This document shows positions 29,174-38,074 of a DNA stretch of 64,000 bases, in pieces (position 1 is the stretch's first letter; every line of letters starts with the position of its first letter). The notes beneath the pieces were generated by a model. That model saw nothing but the letters and a program-made list of their open reading frames with translations, had not been told where the DNA came from and ran no database searches. Position numbers and translations under genes: made by a program. The DNA is from Methanobacteriota archaeon (GTDB lineage: Archaea > Thermoplasmatota > Thermoplasmata > RBG-16-68-12). Location of the stretch: the NCBI GenBank assembly GCA_005878515.1, contig VBLZ01000097.1:7634-71633 (forward strand). Reading direction: 5' to 3'.

Positions 29174-29683
29174 ATGGCGGGCATGCGCGACATCCGGATC
29201 GAGAAAGTCGTCGTCAACGTGGGCGTCGGCGAGGCCGGCGAGAAGCTCGTGAAGGCGCAGAAGGTGCTCGAGCTCGTTACGAAGCAGAAGTCCGTGCAGA
29301 CCCTGAGCCACCAGGCCGTGCGGGACTGGGGCGTCCGCCGGAACATGCCGATCGGGACGCGCGTCACCTTGCGGGGCGGTCCCGCGGAGGCGTTCCTCGC
29401 GGAAGCGCTCTCGATCCGGAACAATCGCCTCCCGGCGTACAGTTTCGACTCGAACGGGAACTTCTCGTTCGGGATCCAGGACTACACCGATTTCCAGGGG
29501 ATGAAGTACGACCCGGAGATCGGCGTGTTCGGGATGGACGTCAGCGTGAGCCTCCAGCGGCCCGGATGGCGGGTCGCCCGGCGGTCGAACAAGTCCCGCC
29601 GGATTCCGCGGCGGCATCGGGTCTCCCGGGACGAGGGGATGCAATTCATGAAGGATCGCTTCAAGGTCGAGGTGGTCACCTGA
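29174..29683 (+). CDS. rpl5: 50S ribosomal protein L5
   Basis: [30 protein letters not shown]. Confidence 0.96.
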   Translation: MAGMRDIRIEKVVVNVGVGEAGEKLVKAQKVLELVTKQKSVQTLSHQAVRDWGVRRNMPIGTRVTLRGGPAEAFLAEALSIRNNRLPAYSFDSNGNFSFGIQDYTDFQGMKYDPEIGVFGMDVSVSLQRPGWRVARRSNKSRRIPRRHRVSRDEGMQFMKDRFKVEVVT

Positions 29684-29826
29684 ACCGCACGAAGGACTTT
29701 GGTCGGAAGCGGGGCTGCCTGCGCTGCGGACGCAAGCGCGGCATCGTCCGCCGGTATGGGCTCCACCTCTGCCGGCAATGCTTCCGCGAGATTGCCTACG
29801 AGCTCGGCTTCCGGAAGTACAGCTGA
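29680..29826 (+). CDS. rps14: 30S ribosomal protein S14 (Zn type), probable CTG start
   Basis: [35 protein letters not shown]. Confidence 0.93.
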   Translation: MNRTKDFGRKRGCLRCGRKRGIVRRYGLHLCRQCFREIAYELGFRKYS

Positions 29827-29835
29827 GGGGACGCC

Positions 29836-30225
29836 ATGCTGCAAGATGCTCTCAACGACGCCATGGTGACAATGCGGAACGCGGAGGCCGCGGGCAAGAC
29901 GGACTGCGTGATTCGTCCCGCGTCGAAGTTGATCGGCCGCGTGCTCAAGGTGATGCAAGAGAACGAATACATCCGGTCGTTCGAACTCATCGAGGACGGT
30001 CGCGGGAATCTGTACCGTGTGGCCCTCGTCGGCAGCATCAACAGTTGCGGCGTGATCAAGCCGAGGTTTGCGGTCAAGCGAACCGAGCTCGAGAAGTGGG
30101 AAGCCCGGTACCTGCCCGCCCAAGACTTCGGCGTCCTGATCCTGACGACCACGGAAGGCGTGATCTCCCAGACCAAGGCGAAGCAGATCGGCGTGGGCGG
30201 CAAGCTCATCGCCTACGTGTACTGA
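29836..30225 (+). CDS. rps8: 30S ribosomal protein S8
   Basis: INSCGVIKPRF, LPAQDFG, GGKLIAYVY. Confidence 0.96.
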   Translation: MLQDALNDAMVTMRNAEAAGKTDCVIRPASKLIGRVLKVMQENEYIRSFELIEDGRGNLYRVALVGSINSCGVIKPRFAVKRTELEKWEARYLPAQDFGVLILTTTEGVISQTKAKQIGVGGKLIAYVY

Positions 30226-30233
30226 GGTGAGGG

Positions 30234-30779
30234 ATGCCGGTCGCGGGATTGTTGGAAGAGGTCGTCGAGATCCCGGACGGCGTGCAGCTCCGGGTCGACG
30301 GCGACTTCGTGGTCGTGACCGGGGGAGGCCACACCCTCCGGCGCCGTCTCTCTCACCCTCGCTTGCGGATCGACGTGAACGGGCCGCAGGCCACCGTCCG
30401 GTGTGAGTACCCGCGGCGGAAAGAGGCCGCGCTCCTCGGCACGTTCGCGGCCCATCTGAGGAACATGGTCGTCGGGGTCCGAGAGGGCTTCACGTACGAG
30501 ATGAAGATCGTGTACAGTCACTTTCCGCTAAAGGCCACCGTGAAGGGTGCGGAGTTCGTCATCGAAAACTTCCTCGGAGAGAAGTTCCCGCGAAAGACGC
30601 GGATCGTCGGGGAAACGAAAGTCGAAGTCAACGGGGACCAGGTCCTCCTCACGGGCCCGGACGTCGAGGCGGTCGGCCAGACCGCGGCCAACATCGAGCA
30701 GGCGACGAAGATCCGGGGATTCGACCCTCGGATCTTCCAGGACGGCATCTACATCACGAAGAAGGCCGGGGAGGCGTGA
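30234..30779 (+). CDS. rpl6: 50S ribosomal protein L6
   Basis: YSHFP, ENFLGEK, DPRIFQDGIYI. Confidence 0.96.
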   Translation: MPVAGLLEEVVEIPDGVQLRVDGDFVVVTGGGHTLRRRLSHPRLRIDVNGPQATVRCEYPRRKEAALLGTFAAHLRNMVVGVREGFTYEMKIVYSHFPLKATVKGAEFVIENFLGEKFPRKTRIVGETKVEVNGDQVLLTGPDVEAVGQTAANIEQATKIRGFDPRIFQDGIYITKKAGEA

Positions 30780-30781
30780 GG

Positions 30782-31570
30782 ATGGCGGACGAGAAGGAAC
30801 CGAAGGCAGAGGCCAAGGCCGCGAAGAAGGTGAAGAAGACCGCGGTCCCCGAGGTGCCCGAGCCGGAGCAGGCGTTCCCGACAGCGACCGAGATACGCTC
30901 CGCGAAGAAGGCCGAACTCACCACTTGGTCCGAACGCTACGGCCTCAGTCAAGAAGGGACGGTCGACGACCTCCGAAAGCGTCTTCGCGCGTTCATCGAG
31001 AAGGAGGAGGCCAAGAAAGCCGCACCCGAGGAAGCAAAACCCGCGCCTCCGAAAACGGAAAAGAAGCCCAAAGAGAAACCGAAGGAGAAGGCGAAGCCTC
31101 CGAAGGAGAAGAAGGGGAAGGGCAAGGAGGCAGAGGAGGAGGCCGTAGAAGAGGTCCACGAGCCTCGGGCGAAGCCCAAACTCGAACCGCACCTGAAGCG
31201 GCTTCTCGCGTTGCGATCCGCGAAGAACGTGGCGCGGCCGAAGTTCCGCCGTCAGGAGTGGTTCCGCTATCGGAAGTTCGGAGACGAGTGGCGAAAACCC
31301 CAAGGCGGGCAATCGAAACTCCGCCGCCACTTCGGGTACCGCTGGAACCTTCCGTCGATCGGATATCGCGGGCCCCGCGCCGTTCGTGGGCTCCATCCGA
31401 GCGGCTTCCAAGAAGTCCTCGTGCACAACGAACACCAGCTCGAAGGTCTTGATGCAGCGAAGCAGGCGGTGCGGATCGGGCACGCGGTCGGCACCCGAAA
31501 GCGCGAGATGATCGAGAAAGCCTGCGACGAAAAAGGCCTGCGCGTGCTGAACCGGATGGTGACCGAATGA
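30782..31570 (+). CDS. rpl32e: 50S ribosomal protein L32e with SAP-like N-terminal extension
   Basis: C-terminal FRRQEW...WRKPQG...GYRGP...RGLHPSG; about 140-aa N-terminal extension. Confidence 0.94.
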   Translation: MADEKEPKAEAKAAKKVKKTAVPEVPEPEQAFPTATEIRSAKKAELTTWSERYGLSQEGTVDDLRKRLRAFIEKEEAKKAAPEEAKPAPPKTEKKPKEKPKEKAKPPKEKKGKGKEAEEEAVEEVHEPRAKPKLEPHLKRLLALRSAKNVARPKFRRQEWFRYRKFGDEWRKPQGGQSKLRRHFGYRWNLPSIGYRGPRAVRGLHPSGFQEVLVHNEHQLEGLDAAKQAVRIGHAVGTRKREMIEKACDEKGLRVLNRMVTE

Positions 31571-32031
31571 GGTTCGATTACCAGCGGCGCCTCGCGGCAT
31601 CGATCCTCGGCATCGGGATCAACCGCGTCTGGATCACCACGGACCCGAAGGTGCAGGACGACATCCTCGACGCGATCACCCGGGACGGCATTCGCAATCT
31701 CATCCGGAAGAACATCATCCAGAAGCGACCGGTGCAGGGCGTCTCCCGCGGGCGAGCCCGGCATCGCGCCGCGCAGCGGGCGAAAGGCCGACGCCGCGGT
31801 CATGGGAGCCGCAAGGGGGCCCTCAACGCGCGGACGCCGCAGAAAACCCGATGGATTCAGATCATCCGGGGCATGCGTCGCTATCTGCGGGAGCTCCGCG
31901 ACCAGGGGCGGATCGATGCGTCCACGTACCGACGGTTCTACGGCCAGTCCAAGGGCGGCATGTTCAAATCGAAGTCCCACCTGGACCAGCAGTTGCGCGC
32001 CGCCGGCGTGATCAAGGAGGCACCGAAGTGA
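31567..32031 (+). CDS. rpl19e: 50S ribosomal protein L19e
   Basis: QRRLAA, RVWI, GRRRGHGSRKG. Confidence 0.96.
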   Translation: MRFDYQRRLAASILGIGINRVWITTDPKVQDDILDAITRDGIRNLIRKNIIQKRPVQGVSRGRARHRAAQRAKGRRRGHGSRKGALNARTPQKTRWIQIIRGMRRYLRELRDQGRIDASTYRRFYGQSKGGMFKSKSHLDQQLRAAGVIKEAPK

Positions 32032-32528
32032 AACAAGGACCCCATTACCGCGTCCCGTTCCGACGGCGGCGCGAAGGCCGCACGGACTACCGGTCGCGGG
32101 CGAAGCTCCTTCGGAGCGGGAAACCGCGCGTGGTGGTTCGGAAGACGCTCAACCAGACGATCATCCAATTCATCGTCGCGGACGCCGGCGGGGACCGGGT
32201 CGTCGCGACGGCCCAGTCGCTCGAGCTGAAGGAGCGAGGGTGGGCCGCGGGCACCGGCAACCTCCCGGCGGCGTACCTGACCGGATATCTGGCCGGCAAG
32301 CGGGCGGCCGCGAAGGGCGTGTCGGCGGCGATCCTCGACCTGGGGCTCCAACGGCCCTCGAAAGGCGGCCGTCTCTTCGCCGCGCTCCAAGGTTTGCTCG
32401 ACGCCGGCGTGGCGGTCCCTCATAGCCCGGACGTGCTGCCGTCGAAGGAGCGGGTCCGCGGCGCGCACATCGGGGAGTCGATCCCGACGCAATTCGACGC
32501 CGTGAAGGCGAAGCTGGAGGCGCCCTGA
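32028..32528 (+). CDS. rpl18: 50S ribosomal protein L18
   Basis: YRVPFRRRREGRTDY, NLPAAYLTG. Confidence 0.96.
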   Translation: MKQGPHYRVPFRRRREGRTDYRSRAKLLRSGKPRVVVRKTLNQTIIQFIVADAGGDRVVATAQSLELKERGWAAGTGNLPAAYLTGYLAGKRAAAKGVSAAILDLGLQRPSKGGRLFAALQGLLDAGVAVPHSPDVLPSKERVRGAHIGESIPTQFDAVKAKLEAP

Positions 32529-33379
32529 TGCCGCAGCGGCGCGGGGGGCGCGGCCGCAAGCGGGAGGCCCGGGCCGCGAGGCCGGAGCGGAACCTCAGCG
32601 AGTGGGCGCCGAAGACGAAACTCGGCCGGCTCGTCCTCGCGGGCGAGCTGACGACGCTCGGGGACGCGATCCGGACGGGCCTGCCGATCCGCGAACCGGA
32701 GATCGTGGACATCCTGCTCCCGGAGACCGAGGACGAGGTCCTGGACGTCAACATGGTGCAGCGGATGACGGACTCCGGTCGCCGAGTGAACTTCGTGATC
32801 ACGTGCATCGTCGGAAACAAGGATGGCTTCGCGGGCCTCGGCCGTGCGCGCGGCCGCGAGGTCGGTCCGTCGATCCGGCGCGCGATCGATAACGCGAAAC
32901 TCAACATGATTGAGATCAAGCGGGGCTGCGGCTCGTGGGAATGCGGCTGCGGCCGATCCCACACGCTTCCGTTCAAGGTGACGGGGAGCAGCGGATCCGT
33001 CGAAGTGGTCCTCAAGCCGGCGCCTCAGGGGGTCGGCCTCGCGGTGGGCGACATCGCGAAGAGCGTGCTGCGGCTCGCCGGCATCACGGACGCGTGGGGT
33101 TTCACGAAAGGTCACACGAAGACGACTGTCAATTATGCGCTCGCAACGTTCGCCGCGCTCCGGCAGACCGGCCAGGTCAAAGTCCGATCCGAGCAGACGC
33201 AGCGGCTGAAGATCAAGGCCGGCGCGGAACAGGTCTTCACCCGGAAGGTCGAGGCACCCCCGGTCGTGGCCGAAGGACCGCCACCGGGCGAACTCCCGGA
33301 GGAAATCGAAGTCGAGGGAGCGGCGCTGACGGAAGAGCCGGCGGAAGAAACGAAGGACGAGGAGGCCCCGGAGGAATGA
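32528..33379 (+). CDS. rps5: 30S ribosomal protein S5 with acidic C-terminal tail
   Basis: WAPKTKLG, VQRMTDSGRR, RGCGSWECGC. Confidence 0.96.
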   Translation: MPQRRGGRGRKREARAARPERNLSEWAPKTKLGRLVLAGELTTLGDAIRTGLPIREPEIVDILLPETEDEVLDVNMVQRMTDSGRRVNFVITCIVGNKDGFAGLGRARGREVGPSIRRAIDNAKLNMIEIKRGCGSWECGCGRSHTLPFKVTGSSGSVEVVLKPAPQGVGLAVGDIAKSVLRLAGITDAWGFTKGHTKTTVNYALATFAALRQTGQVKVRSEQTQRLKIKAGAEQVFTRKVEAPPVVAEGPPPGELPEEIEVEGAALTEEPAEETKDEEAPEE

Positions 33380-33864
33380 GCTTCGCCGTCCTGAGGATCC
33401 GAGGGAAGGGCGATCTCCGTCGCGATGTGAAAGACACGCTCCGGATGCTGCACCTGACCCGCCAGAACCATTGCTCGATCGTCCCCGAGGACCCCACGTA
33501 CCGAGGCATGCTCCAGCTCGTGAAGGACCACGTCACCTGGGGCGAAGTCGATTCGGAGGTCCTCGCGAAACTCCTCCTGAAGCGAGGCCGCCAGGTCGGT
33601 GACAAGCCCATCGACGACGCATTCGTGAAAGGTCATAGCAAGTTCAAGTCGATCTGGGATCTGAGCCAAGCGATCACGAAAGGCGAGGCGACCCTCGCCG
33701 ATGTGCGCGAACTCCGGCCCGTCCTCCGATTGCCGCCGCCTCGGAAAGGGTATCGCGGGATCAAGCGCGGATTCCACGACGGCGGGGACCTCGGATACCG
33801 CGGAGGGGCGATTAACTCGCTCCTCGTGCGGATGCTCCTCGAGGAGGGCCAGGATGGTCTCTAG
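33376..33864 (+). CDS. rpl30: 50S ribosomal protein L30
   Basis: AVLRIRG, TLRMLHL, LRLPPPRKG, GDLGYRG. Confidence 0.95.
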   Translation: MSFAVLRIRGKGDLRRDVKDTLRMLHLTRQNHCSIVPEDPTYRGMLQLVKDHVTWGEVDSEVLAKLLLKRGRQVGDKPIDDAFVKGHSKFKSIWDLSQAITKGEATLADVRELRPVLRLPPPRKGYRGIKRGFHDGGDLGYRGGAINSLLVRMLLEEGQDGL

Positions 33865-34291
33865 GACGCGAAAGCTACGGGGCAGTCGCACGCACGGTCG
33901 CGGCAAGAAACACGGACGGGGTGCCGGAGGCCGCGGCGGCACCGGCAACGCGGGCCTTCACAAACACAAATTCAAGTGGATGATCAAGTACGACCCGGAG
34001 CATTTCGGACCGCGCGGTTTCTTCCGGCACGCGCAGCCGCATCCGACGAGTGCAATCGACCTCGAAGACCTCGCCCGACGGATCGGCGAATTCGAGGCCG
34101 CGGGCCACGCGAAGAAGGACGATTCTCGAATCAATGTCGACCTGACGGCGGCGGGAATCGACAAGCTATTAGGCTCTGGTCGCGTAACGATGGCAATGCG
34201 GATCACCGTCGCGAAGGCCTCTCCGGCGGCCGTCGCGAAGGTCTCCGGCGCTGGCGGCGAGGTCGTCCTCCCAGGGGACGCCGGGAAGTAG
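33854..34291 (+). CDS. rpl15: 50S ribosomal protein L15
   Basis: RKLRGSRTHGRG, GGTGNAG, KLLGSG. Confidence 0.96.
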   Translation: MVSRTRKLRGSRTHGRGKKHGRGAGGRGGTGNAGLHKHKFKWMIKYDPEHFGPRGFFRHAQPHPTSAIDLEDLARRIGEFEAAGHAKKDDSRINVDLTAAGIDKLLGSGRVTMAMRITVAKASPAAVAKVSGAGGEVVLPGDAGK

Positions 34292-34295
34292 TCCG

Positions 34296-35900
34296 ATGCC
34301 CCTCGAAGAGAAGAAGAAGAGCCGACTGTACGCGCTGAAACCGCTCACGGACCGACTGCCCGCGGTCACGCGACCCGAGGGCCACGTCCACTTTCGCACG
34401 AAGATGTTCTGGGTCCTCGCGATCCTGATCCTGTATTTCGCCATGACGAACATCTTCATCTACGGCCTGGACCGGGCCAACGTCATCGACTTCTTCTCGA
34501 GCCTGCGCGCGATCCTCGCGGGCGCCCAAGGCTCGCTGATGCACCTCGGGATCGGGCCGATCGTCACGGCGTCGATCATCATGCAGCTCTTCGCGGGCGC
34601 GAAGATCATCAACCTGGACCTCCAGGACGACGAGGACAAGAGCGTGTACCAAGGGACCCAGAAGTTCCTGGTCATCCTGATGATCTTCGTCGAGGCGATC
34701 CCGCAGGTCTTCGGCTTCCTCACCCCGGCCACCGGATTCGTGAGCGAGCTGAACGGCTCGTTCCTGTTCGGCGTCATCTCGGCCGGTCACGGGACGACCC
34801 TCGCTCAGATCCTGATCGTGGTCCAGCTCTTCGCGGGTTCGTATCTCGTCTTCCTCATGGACGAGGTCGTCTCGAAGTGGGGAATCGGTTCGGGCATCTC
34901 GCTGTTCATCGCGGGCGGGGTGGCCCAGCAGATCTTCACGGGGACGTTCAACTGGGAGCCGTCCTCGGCGACGAGCCAGGTCCCCGCGGGCACGATCCCG
35001 AAGACGGTGTACTACCTCCAGCACTATTCGGGCAGCCAACTCGCGAGCGGCGGGATTGAGCAGATCATGGTTCAACCGCCGAATCCCCTCATCGCGCTCA
35101 TCGGCACGGTCGCCATCTTCCTGATCGTCGCGTACGTCGAATCGACGCGGATCGAGCTCCCGCTCGCCCACGGGATGGCGCGAGGCGCTCGCGGCCGGTA
35201 CCCGATCCGCCTGATGTACGCGTCGAACATCCCGGTGATCCTGGTCGCCGCGGTCCTGGCAAACGTGAGCATGTTCTCCCTCCTGTTCTGGCAGCATCCT
35301 GAGTGGCCCATCGTCGGGCACGCGTCGTGGATCGGGGCCTACCCGGATGCGCTGGACCATCGGGTGACGTCCGGGCAGATCCAACGCACCACGCCGATCG
35401 GTGGCCTCGCCTACTACTTCTCGAACGTGAACGGCGTCCAAGATTGGCTCCTACCGCTCTTCAATCCGAATACGTACGGCGTGTACCTGCGGGGCTTGGC
35501 GTACTGGCAGGTCTTCCTCCACATCCTCGTCTTCCTCGCGGTCTTCATCGGCGGCTCTGTCATGTTCGCGAAGTTCTGGATCATGACGACGAACATGGGC
35601 CCTGAGGACGTCGCGAAACAGATCGAGTCGAGCGGAATGCAGATCCCCGGATTCCGACGGGATCCGCGGATCTTGCGGCGGGTGCTGGATCGGTACATCC
35701 CGGTAGTCGCGGTGATTTCTGGGGCCTCGGTGGGCGCCCTCGCGGCGGGCGCCGACATGATCGGGACGGTGGGGAACGCCTCGGGGACGGGCGTCTTGCT
35801 CTCCGTGGGCATCATGATCCAGATGTACGAGGCGATCGGGCGGGAGCAGATGATGGAGATGCACCCCGTCTTACGTCAGTTCTTCGGGGCCACCGGATAA
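34296..35900 (+). CDS. secY: Preprotein translocase subunit SecY
   Basis: LGIGPIVTASII, KWGIGSGISLFI, YASNIP, QIPGFR, GTGVLL. Confidence 0.97.
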   Translation: MPLEEKKKSRLYALKPLTDRLPAVTRPEGHVHFRTKMFWVLAILILYFAMTNIFIYGLDRANVIDFFSSLRAILAGAQGSLMHLGIGPIVTASIIMQLFAGAKIINLDLQDDEDKSVYQGTQKFLVILMIFVEAIPQVFGFLTPATGFVSELNGSFLFGVISAGHGTTLAQILIVVQLFAGSYLVFLMDEVVSKWGIGSGISLFIAGGVAQQIFTGTFNWEPSSATSQVPAGTIPKTVYYLQHYSGSQLASGGIEQIMVQPPNPLIALIGTVAIFLIVAYVESTRIELPLAHGMARGARGRYPIRLMYASNIPVILVAAVLANVSMFSLLFWQHPEWPIVGHASWIGAYPDALDHRVTSGQIQRTTPIGGLAYYFSNVNGVQDWLLPLFNPNTYGVYLRGLAYWQVFLHILVFLAVFIGGSVMFAKFWIMTTNMGPEDVAKQIESSGMQIPGFRRDPRILRRVLDRYIPVVAVISGASVGALAAGADMIGTVGNASGTGVLLSVGIMIQMYEAIGREQMMEMHPVLRQFFGATG

Positions 35901-36143
35901 CGGTCGAGTGTCCAGGCCGGCAAGGCGCCCGCGCGACGACGGCGGAGACGCACGGTCCGGTCGACCGCCCAGGCATGGATGGCCCGCGTGTCAGTTGTAA
36001 ACATACCGCTTATTCCAAAAAACTGGGCTTATCACCCGTCGGACAGGGAGGACGCCCAGTCGTCCGGGTCAGGAAACTTGCGCGTTCATCGGATGGCCGG
36101 GCGGGCCGACTTGGCGGACGAGGGTACCAGGCGAGGTGAGGAC

Positions 36144-36743
36144 ATGGAGGAAGATGGGCACGAGGATGACGTCGACCCGGCTGTCAGTGAACTGTGGATG
36201 AAGCTGGAGAACATGCGGAGTCGGGGACACGACCGCCGACCAAACGGCTGGAAGCCGCTCCGCGGAGGGCTCAAGATCGGGGCCGGGATCGTCGCCATCA
36301 CAATCGCGATGGGACTCGCCGCGGCCGTCGTGTTGTTCTCACATTCCTTCAACTACGCGGCCCCGAGCGCCAAGCTCACGAGCTCGTGTTCCTCGGTCAC
36401 CGCGACGACGAGTGGGTCGACGATCGTGTTCGCCTGTTCGACCAATCCGGCGCTAGCCGTCGCGTCGGCCGCGACGGGTTCCGTTTCGTATTCGTCGTTC
36501 AATCCGACTCCTCCGGTCAACATCTTGGATATCTACCTGATTGACACGGCCGTCACGTTGGGCCCGACCTGCTCCACGACGAGCACCACCGGGAACGAGC
36601 CCGTCGCGCTCAACGCCGGAGGAGGTTCCATTACCATCTCGCAGACGGCCGGCAATCTGCGGCCGAACCACAACTACGATTATTGCATGGATTTCGCCGC
36701 GCTTCCCCCGAGCTTCACGACGGGCGTGTCGTGGTCCCAGTAG
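36144..36743 (+). CDS. Single-TM surface protein with Ser/Thr-rich, 4-Cys extracellular domain
   Basis: GAGGTGAG SD before ATG 36144; charged N-terminus, one TM helix, beta-rich S/T domain. Confidence 0.7.
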   Translation: MEEDGHEDDVDPAVSELWMKLENMRSRGHDRRPNGWKPLRGGLKIGAGIVAITIAMGLAAAVVLFSHSFNYAAPSAKLTSSCSSVTATTSGSTIVFACSTNPALAVASAATGSVSYSSFNPTPPVNILDIYLIDTAVTLGPTCSTTSTTGNEPVALNAGGGSITISQTAGNLRPNHNYDYCMDFAALPPSFTTGVSWSQ

Positions 36744-36773
36744 GAGGCCCGGTAGGGCTCGAGGGTCCGCCCG

Positions 36774-37298
36774 TCACGTTTGCGCGACGCGCACCGTGAG
36801 CTGCTCGGACTCGCTGTCGTACCGCACCAGTTCCGCGTACCGGCCCCAGTAGACGAGCGCGTTGAAGACGTCTTCCGCCTGGTGGCTCCCGACCCGGTCC
36901 GACAGGGCCTGGACCACCTCCTGGCGTCCGAGCGGGGTGCTCGAACTTCGTGCCATCTCCATGACGAGGCGGAACGCAGGCAGATCATCGATGATTTCCC
37001 GGACAATCCGCTTCCGCTCGCGGACACCCGCGGTGAGAAGCTTCCGGCTCAGTTCGGTGATCCGGATATCCCCGTCCTCGACCGTCACGAGCCCGAGGAA
37101 CTCCGCCGCGACGAGGATCGGCCCGAGGCGGTCAACATCCATCTCGACTTCCCGAGAAATCGTCGCGGCGTCCGCGACGCCACCGACCTCGTCGACCGCC
37201 TCGACGAGGCCGAGGATCTGACCCACGGAGACCTTCGCCATCGAATGGAAGTCCGTCACGGGGGTCGTCCGTCCATCATCGTCCCCAATATTTGACAC
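36774..37298 (-). CDS. Stand-alone AAA-associated domain of nitrate/sulfonate ABC ATPases
   Basis: GQILGLVEAV, AAEFLGLV..EDGDI, LVYWGRYAELVRYD; start uncertain (37298 or 37241). Confidence 0.8.
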   Translation of the reverse strand: MSNIGDDDGRTTPVTDFHSMAKVSVGQILGLVEAVDEVGGVADAATISREVEMDVDRLGPILVAAEFLGLVTVEDGDIRITELSRKLLTAGVRERKRIVREIIDDLPAFRLVMEMARSSSTPLGRQEVVQALSDRVGSHQAEDVFNALVYWGRYAELVRYDSESEQLTVRVAQT

Positions 37299-37312
37299 TT
37301 GACCTGCCGCTC

Positions 37313-38074
37313 TCACACAATGAGCGAGTAGATTTCGTCGACCCACCCGTAGAATTCGGGGTCCTTGCGGTTTCGGGGTCGGGGCAGGTCGATCTCGAGC
37401 TCCGCGACCATGCGCCCGGGTCGGCTCGACAGCACGATCACGCGGTCCGCAAGGTACACCGCCTCCTCGATCGAGTGGGTGACCATCAGCACGGCTTCGG
37501 GCGGGAGGTCGGGATTCGACCACAACTGGAGGATCTCATCGCGCAAGTTCTGCGCGGTCAGCGCGTCGAGGGACGAGAACGGCTCATCCATGCACAGGAG
37601 GAGCGGCTCGATCGTGAGGGCGCGTGCGATGCCGACCCGTTGCTTCATGCCGCCGCTGAGCTCGCGAGGGTATGCGTTCTCGAATCCTGTCAACCCGACC
37701 GCATCGATGAACTTCTTCGCGACGGTCCTGCGTTTCGCGGGATCCTCGTGCAGCGCCTCCAAGCCGAGCTCGACGTTCTGAGCGACCGTCAGCCACGGGA
37801 ACAGGGCAAAGGACTGGAAGACCATCGCGACCTGCGGATTGTCCGCGCGGATCGGATGCCCCTCGAACAGGACCTGCCCGGAGGTGGGCGTGTCGAGGCC
37901 GACAATGATTCGCAGGAGCGTCGACTTCCCGCAGCCCGACGGACCGACCAGGCAGACGAAGTCGCGCTCCGCAAGTTCGAATCGGATCAGGTCGAGAATC
38001 TTGAACTCCTTCCCCTGGTCGAAGTAGGACTTCGAGACGTCCTTCACCTGAAGAAGCGGCTGGGCGTCGCCCAT
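37313..38074 (-). CDS. ABC ATP-binding protein, NitT/TauT family
   Basis: GPSGCGKS, LFPWLTV, LSGGMKQR, MDEPFSSLD, VTH. Confidence 0.95.
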   Translation of the reverse strand: MGDAQPLLQVKDVSKSYFDQGKEFKILDLIRFELAERDFVCLVGPSGCGKSTLLRIIVGLDTPTSGQVLFEGHPIRADNPQVAMVFQSFALFPWLTVAQNVELGLEALHEDPAKRRTVAKKFIDAVGLTGFENAYPRELSGGMKQRVGIARALTIEPLLLCMDEPFSSLDALTAQNLRDEILQLWSNPDLPPEAVLMVTHSIEEAVYLADRVIVLSSRPGRMVAELEIDLPRPRNRKDPEFYGWVDEIYSLIV

